From Rhodospirillaceae bacterium (lineage in GTDB: Bacteria > Pseudomonadota > Alphaproteobacteria > SMXQ01): 64,000 bases of DNA. Of the stretch, positions 63,158 through 64,000 are shown piece by piece. Position 1 is the stretch's first letter. Each line of letters starts with the position of its first letter. Where the stretch lies: contig CANJIM010000004.1 in NCBI GenBank assembly GCA_947474495.1, positions 517 to 64,516 of the forward strand, written 5' to 3'. The translations under genes and the position numbers were made by a program. Under the pieces are notes generated by a model. It searched no databases. It saw only the letters and a program-made list of their open reading frames with translations, and was not told where the DNA came from.

Positions 63158-63445
63158 CCCTGTGCGCCATTTTTTAAGACACTGACCCTTCAATGCGATT
63201 CCGTCGCTCTTGCCGTTCCGCGCCAAATTTCATATACATGCCGGACCAGGCCGGGCCCCTCTGACAGCCCTTCTACGGCTGTGATGTCGGACTGGACAAC
63301 AGGAGTGGCCCGCCGACCTTCTCACTTTACATGGCGGTTCCGCGTCTTTGTGTCAGTTCGCAAACTGATGTGAAGGCTGGCGCGTCTGTGTTCGTGGCGA
63401 CTCGCCGCGCAGGCCCCTCCTTATAAAAATAGTAGCGGGTACGCT

Positions 63446-64000
63446 ATGAGTGAGTATTTTACCGCAGAGGCGCTGACCGCCTTGCTGCAGGTCATCATGA
63501 TCGATCTGGTGCTGGCGGGCGATAACGCCATCGTCATCGGTCTCGCCGCCGCCGGCTTGCCTGCGGCGCAGCGCACCAAAGCCATCATCATCGGCATCGC
63601 TGCCGCGACGTTGTTGCGTATCGGTTTTGCCGGCGTGACGACGCAACTGCTGCAGATCGTCGGTCTGTTGCTGGCCGGCGGCATCCTGCTGCTATGGGTG
63701 AGCTGGAAGATGTGGCGCGAGCTGCGTGCGCAACATCACGAGGAGAAGGCGGCGCTTGAAGCCTTGGCCAACAAGGACTTCGACGCCAGCGGCGGGATCG
63801 CCGAAGGCGCGCCGCGCAAGACGCTCCGCCAAGCGGCGTGGCAGATCATCGTCGCGGACGTCTCGATGTCGCTCGACAACGTCCTCGCCGTCGCCGGCGC
63901 GGCGCGCGATTACCCCTATGTCCTGATCTTCGGCCTCGTGCTGTCGATCGCGCTCATGGGTCTCGCCGCGAACTTCATCGCCCGGCTGCTGCAGAACCAT
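63446..64000 (+). CDS. TerC-family integral membrane protein (Alx/YkoY-like), 3'-truncated at the window edge
   Basis: LVLAGDNAIVIGLAA and MSLDNVLAVAGAA are the duplicated TerC DN(A/V) motifs. There is no stop within the window. Confidence 0.8.
   Translation, partial: MSEYFTAEALTALLQVIMIDLVLAGDNAIVIGLAAAGLPAAQRTKAIIIGIAAATLLRIGFAGVTTQLLQIVGLLLAGGILLLWVSWKMWRELRAQHHEEKAALEALANKDFDASGGIAEGAPRKTLRQAAWQIIVADVSMSLDNVLAVAGAARDYPYVLIFGLVLSIALMGLAANFIARLLQNH

Overview
This is a high-GC (about 65-68%) alphaproteobacterial (Rhizobiales-like) chromosomal segment, densely packed with genes on both strands. The core gene content is the origin-proximal mnmE-mnmG-rsmG-parA-parB block, leuS-lptE-holA, a DUF3576 lipoprotein, a major porin, ftsK-lolA, glnK-amtB, ubiH, a YbbN-thioredoxin / Lon-N-domain / Trm112 / His-rich DUF971 operon, tRNA-Gly(GCC), ppa, panE, and various membrane, transport and housekeeping genes. 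There is no CRISPR array, rRNA gene, insertion sequence or prophage. The most unusual part is an accessory glycosylation region at 14.9-27.0 kb. It holds three tandem, translationally coupled paralogs with an N-terminal TPR array fused to a C-terminal GT9-like (heptosyltransferase-signature) GT-B domain, which is a FlmG-like architecture, with a small DxD-type GT between paralogs 2 and 3. It also holds a convergent JmjC/cupin-4 oxygenase gene and a sharply lower-GC ~4.2 kb island (22.8-27.0 kb). That island encodes a Tyl1a/FdtA-like 3,4-ketoisomerase, a DegT/TylB-like aminotransferase and a TylM1-like N,N-dimethyltransferase, which would give a predicted dTDP-3-(dimethyl)amino-3,6-dideoxyhexose pathway, plus two glycosyltransferases. 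One of those GTs carries a 9-bp homopolymeric G/C tract, a phase-variation candidate. A second module at 31.1-36.9 kb combines an OmpR-type regulator, a SAM-methyltransferase::GT2 fusion, a second methyltransferase, a GT-C-like polytopic membrane protein and a flippase-like membrane protein in a Gtr/Arn-like arrangement. Many ORFs in the supplied track are antisense or frame artefacts of the high GC content. Start codons were re-examined, and several genes use GTG/TTG starts with 4-nt overlaps.
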